A stretch of 64,000 nucleotides of DNA. It comes from Truepera sp. Its GTDB lineage: Bacteria; Deinococcota; Deinococci; Deinococcales; Trueperaceae. The stretch is taken from the NCBI GenBank assembly GCA_965218435.1, contig CBDCKW010000009.1, forward strand, positions 2,208,001 through 2,272,000, in the 5' to 3' direction. Shown in pieces: positions 60,214-64,000 of the stretch. Every line of letters begins with the position of its first letter. The stretch's first letter is position 1. Both the position numbers and the translations under genes were made by a program. The notes under the pieces were generated by a model. That model saw only the letters and a list, made by a program, of their open reading frames with translations, was not told the origin of the DNA and did no database searches.

Positions 60214-60696
60214 CTACGTTTCGCTAGAGGGCTCGAGCCCAAGCTTTAATCCTTCATGCGTCCCCCTAAACCCCAGCCGCTCATAAAACCTGAGCGCGTC
60301 GGGGCGTGCTTTGTCGGTCGTTAGCTGCACCACGCGGCAGTCCCTGGCCTTCGCCCGGTTTATGGCCCACTCGAACAATTGCTGCCCTATCTTTTGCGAA
60401 CGGTAGCCGTCCGCCACGCGCACGCCTTCGATAAGCGCACGCCAGCTGCCCCGATAGGTCAAGTAAGGGATAAAGGTCAGTTGCAAAACGCCTACGATTT
60501 CTCTACCGAGACAAGCGACGATGAGTTCGTTGTTCGGGTCGTCGGCGATAGCTTCAAACGCAGTGCCATAGGTTTCGGGTAAGGGGTCAGAGAACCGTTC
60601 TCTTCCCTTTCCGAGGGAGTCTGCCGCCAACATCTCTACAATTCGGGGCAAATCGTCCTTTACTGCCTGTCGAAATAAGAGCGCAGAATTGGTCAC
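60214..60696 (-). CDS. GNAT acetyltransferase
   Basis: IEGVRV...RSQKIG, QLTTDK.R, FYERLGF. Confidence 0.92.
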   Translation of the reverse strand: MTNSALLFRQAVKDDLPRIVEMLAADSLGKGRERFSDPLPETYGTAFEAIADDPNNELIVACLGREIVGVLQLTFIPYLTYRGSWRALIEGVRVADGYRSQKIGQQLFEWAINRAKARDCRVVQLTTDKARPDALRFYERLGFRGTHEGLKLGLEPSSET

Positions 60697-61316
60697 GGAG
60701 TTTGCTCGAGCCCCGCTTGAGCCTCGGGCACCCGTAAATTTTGCCGACGCACCTTAGCCCACATGAGTAGCCCGAACCCCGCCGCCAGTAGCAGCATCGT
60801 CACGACGCCCACCGGAAAATAGATATGCGAACTCAGAAACGGCACGGCTGCGCCGCAGAGTAAAAGCGCACCGGGCAGCGCAAACCGGCCTACTCACTGG
60901 ATCAGTACGGCGCTCGTCAAGACGCACGCCAGTAAAAACGCCCACACCCCGATAAGCGAAAGTTCGTTGCCTTGAATAAAGAGCGCACGCACTGCCCCGC
61001 TCAGCTCAGGAGTGTTTGCGGTGGGGGCGTTTATGACCAAAGTACCCGTACCAATACCGCCTAAAACGTCGAGTGCGCTGTAAAAGGTGATGTACAAGAA
61101 GGCCATAACCCTGGCCGTCCACGCGGCCCAGCCGGAAAACCCGGCCAACAGCCACCACAAGTTGACGCCTAACAGGGGAAAGAGCGCGAGCAAGACGAGG
61201 TGCAGTGCATGCCAGTAAGACGCTGTTTCGGCGGTGAGAACGTGGGGATGCGTAGCGCCGAGCGCGGCCAGTAGCAGCGGAGCCGCGACGATGCCAAACG
61301 CTTTAGGGGTGTGCAT
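60693..61316 (-). pseudogene. Membrane protein interrupted by an in-frame TGA
   Basis: TGA at 60896-60894; the same frame continues 66 hydrophobic codons to a TGA overlapping the GNAT GTG. Confidence 0.75.
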
Positions 61317-61380
61317 AGCTCTAAGCTTAACGGTTTACGGTAAGATTAGCTTAAAGTAGCAAAAGTCGGACCTTACTCGC

Positions 61381-61914
61381 CTAGCGACACCATTTGGACT
61401 CAAGCCGTGGTTCAGCCAGCTCTCGGTAGTCCACGCCCTGCTCAGGTTGCGCTTCTAAAGGTGGGGCCGTAAAGGGTGCCCAACGGCAGTGACTGTCTTC
61501 AGCGGCGAGCATCAGATTAAGCCGCTCAGCTTGGGCGCGGGTCATCTGTTTATACGCTTTAACCGTCCCGTTGACCCGGCACTGCAGCTGAAAATTTTGA
61601 TTCGGCTCATGGGCGTTCTGCTTTAAGATGTCGGTCCAAAGTAACTGTTTTTTTAACAGATACTTGAGCGACGCCTCGAGACGCTGCAAGCTCAGCTCGG
61701 TGCTCAGCTGTGCCCCCAGCCGCTTTAGCTCGACCTTTTCCCGGTTATATAAGCGCCGACTCACGCAAACGCGGTAACGCGGCAACAGCCCCTCGAGCTC
61801 CTCTATCACCCTGTCAAGTTCAGTCTGACAGAGCTCTTTAAGGCGCTCTAAAACAATCTCTTTAGGATACTCCTGTGGAAGTTTAGTAACGACCTCTTTA
61901 CTCCGAACCATCAT
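61381..61914 (-). CDS. Hypothetical protein
   Basis: 177-aa helical ORF with no recognised motif. Confidence 0.55.
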   Translation of the reverse strand: MMVRSKEVVTKLPQEYPKEIVLERLKELCQTELDRVIEELEGLLPRYRVCVSRRLYNREKVELKRLGAQLSTELSLQRLEASLKYLLKKQLLWTDILKQNAHEPNQNFQLQCRVNGTVKAYKQMTRAQAERLNLMLAAEDSHCRWAPFTAPPLEAQPEQGVDYRELAEPRLESKWCR

Positions 61915-62195
61915 CCATACCCCATACCGAAATGATGAAGCTCCGGCTGTCCGGCACGCTTATCCCTTGACCAAACAGCAGGCTTTTTGCAGACTTCCAT
62001 CTGGTTTTATTACTCTAAAAAAGACGAAGATGCGAGGCTAGACTCGTGAGCCCCGGCTTTTTAGTATCCAGGTATCGGCGGCTCGGCAGGGTTTTCGTAA
62101 TGTAGGCGTTTATTCGTCTCGGACGGCACCCGTATACTTTTGGTAGACATGTTTAGACGGTCTTTCAGATACTCCAGCCGAAAGGAGGGCACCTT

Positions 62196-62819
62196 ATGAG
62201 CCGCGCGTTGCAACTTCAGCTCTTACCCGAAGGCGGGTATACCGACCTGTTAAATGTCGAAGCAGGTGAGGTGACTCTGTTTCCTGGAGAACCCGATAAC
62301 CTCTACCGCGTCCAAGAAGGTCTAGTACGTATTCATACGGTAGACGATGAAGGCAACGGTCTGACGCTGCGCTACGTGAAACCGGGGGGCTACTTCGGCG
62401 AGGAGGCGCTCGTCGGGTTGCAGCGCCGCTACTTTGCTGAGGCCGTCACCCAGAGCAGCATCGAAGTGATGAGTCCGGCAACGCTGGGGCCGCAGGAAAA
62501 CCTGACCCTGACGACGCACCTCGTCGAGGCGATGGAGCGGCTGTACCGGGCGCTCTACCGGCTTTCGGGCAAACGCCTCAAAGCGCGGATCGCCGCAGAA
62601 CTGCTGGATTTGCAAGACAGCGCGTTAGCGACCCCCGGTAAGAACGGGGAGCCGGTCGTCCATATTACGCACGACGACCTCGCGGCCGCTGTTGGTTCCG
62701 TTCGGGAAACGGTCACCAAGGTCGTCGGCGAACTCTCGAGACAAGGTGCCATTCACGCCGGTTACGGCAAAATCGCGCTCACCAACCTCGAGACGCTCCG
62801 CAAAATTGCCGGTGAATAA
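62196..62819 (+). CDS. ddrI: Crp/Fnr regulator, DdrI/LdrP-like
   Basis: GLVRIHT.DD.GNGLTLRYVKPG..FGEEAL, THD.LAAAVGSVRETVTKVVGELSR, matching Deinococcus DdrI as recalled. Confidence 0.85.
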   Translation: MSRALQLQLLPEGGYTDLLNVEAGEVTLFPGEPDNLYRVQEGLVRIHTVDDEGNGLTLRYVKPGGYFGEEALVGLQRRYFAEAVTQSSIEVMSPATLGPQENLTLTTHLVEAMERLYRALYRLSGKRLKARIAAELLDLQDSALATPGKNGEPVVHITHDDLAAAVGSVRETVTKVVGELSRQGAIHAGYGKIALTNLETLRKIAGE

Positions 62820-62971
62820 GTTGCTCAACTAGAGAGCAGTTTGGAATTCGGTTTTTATTTTCGTGTGCCCACTCTGACGGCTGAGTTTTCAAAAACGCGT
62901 ACACGGTCTCTTTTAGACGTTATAGACGAAGCAACCCAAACTGTAAAAGGTAGCTGTAGTGCGTTCAGATA

Positions 62972-64000
62972 CTAGCACCTAGTCTGATTTCTCCCGCTCC
63001 GTTTGGCGTGGTAGAGGTTTTTGTCGGCTAGAGAGCAAGGTTTCGTAGCTGTCTACCCCGAGATTGTCTGAAATCCCGATGCCGGCGGTGACTTGTAAAC
63101 CCGGTTGTAGTTCACGCCAGGGATAAGCCTCGAGCGCCCGCCTGAATCTTTCGCAGACAAGGGTGGCCACTCGCGCTGACGTTTGTGGCAATAACAAGAC
63201 GAACTCTTCGCCGCCGTAGCGGGCGGCAGTGTCAACCTCCCGAAAGTGCGCCTTAAAAAGCTGCGCGGTAACCCTGAGCACCGCGTCACCGAGCGCGTGT
63301 GAAAAGGTGTCGTTGATCCTTTTGAAGTCGTCGAGGTCGCAGAGCGCCACGCTCAGAGGTTGCCCGAAGCGGCGCGCCCTGGCGAACTCCCGGCTAAGCT
63401 GAACGTCAACATAGCGGCGGTTGTAGAGCCCGGTCAGCGGGTCTTCGCTGGCTTGACGCTCGAGAGCGAACGTTCCCGGTCGGCCTGCTGTAGGGACCGG
63501 GTAAGGCTTTCTAGCTCCGCGTTAGCTTGGGTTAATTCTATATTTTTTAAGCGGTAAAGCTCTTTTTCACGTTCTCGGCGTTCAGTTTCAAAGCTCACCC
63601 GCAAGCTCTGCAGTTTTTGGCTCGAGGCTTCGTTAAAGACTTCCTCTTTAACCTGCGCGTAGCGTTCATAATGGGCGAGTGCTTCGCCGAACTGCTCTTT
63701 TTGCTTGTAGAGTTCGGAAAGCGCGAGGTGCGCCCCGTAGACGCTCTCTTTGACGTTCACCGCGTCGGCGCTCACCAGCGCCGCTGTTAGGACGGTGTGC
63801 GCCTCGGTAAACTTGCGCTGCTCTGTCAGCAGCTGGCCCAACTTGAGCGAAACCGCCGCGCCGCCGCGTTTATCGCCAAGTTTTTGCTTGAGCGCGGCGC
63901 TCTCTCTCAACGCACGCTCGGCTCCTCCAAAGTCGCTTAACCCGGCGTAAACCGTGCCTAGGTTGCCTAAAGCCTCGCTTACCCCCTGCTGATCGTCAAT
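62972..64000 (-). pseudogene. TPR-GGDEF diguanylate cyclase with two frameshifts, 5' end outside the window
   Basis: TPR frame switches to the LERQASEDPLTGLYNRR/GGEEF frame at about 63465; a second switch at about 63032 restores ADKNLYHAKRSGRN. Confidence 0.85.

Overview
A core-chromosome window (GC roughly 58-60%, estimated by eye) from a Deinococcota bacterium, probably Trueperaceae-like. The assignment rests on a TilS-TadA fusion, a DdrI/LdrP-like Crp, AroH, a stand-alone gatC and many leaderless starts. It contains a partial tRNA-Ser(CGA), housekeeping genes (tilS-tadA, deoB, murI-rph-rdgB, hisIE, gatC, serS, aroH, hom/thrC, ychF) and an Xre-RES toxin-antitoxin pair. It also carries a riboswitch-led cobamide salvage/remodelling operon (btuF, cobS, cbiZ, cobO, an unexplained cupin, cbiB, cobD, cobC, a cobQ-cobU fusion, cobT), a TPP-riboswitch thiamine salvage operon, a 3-hydroxyproline dehydratase/reductase pair, several oxidoreductases, one IS5-family element, one MITE-like element and two broken genes. 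The strongest signal not explained by genes is the palindrome CTCGAG: about 150 copies by manual count against about 20 expected, in all reading frames and between genes, resembling a HIP1-like highly iterated palindrome. No CRISPR array, prophage or classical defence island was seen. All calls come from motif recognition by eye; no database searches were run.
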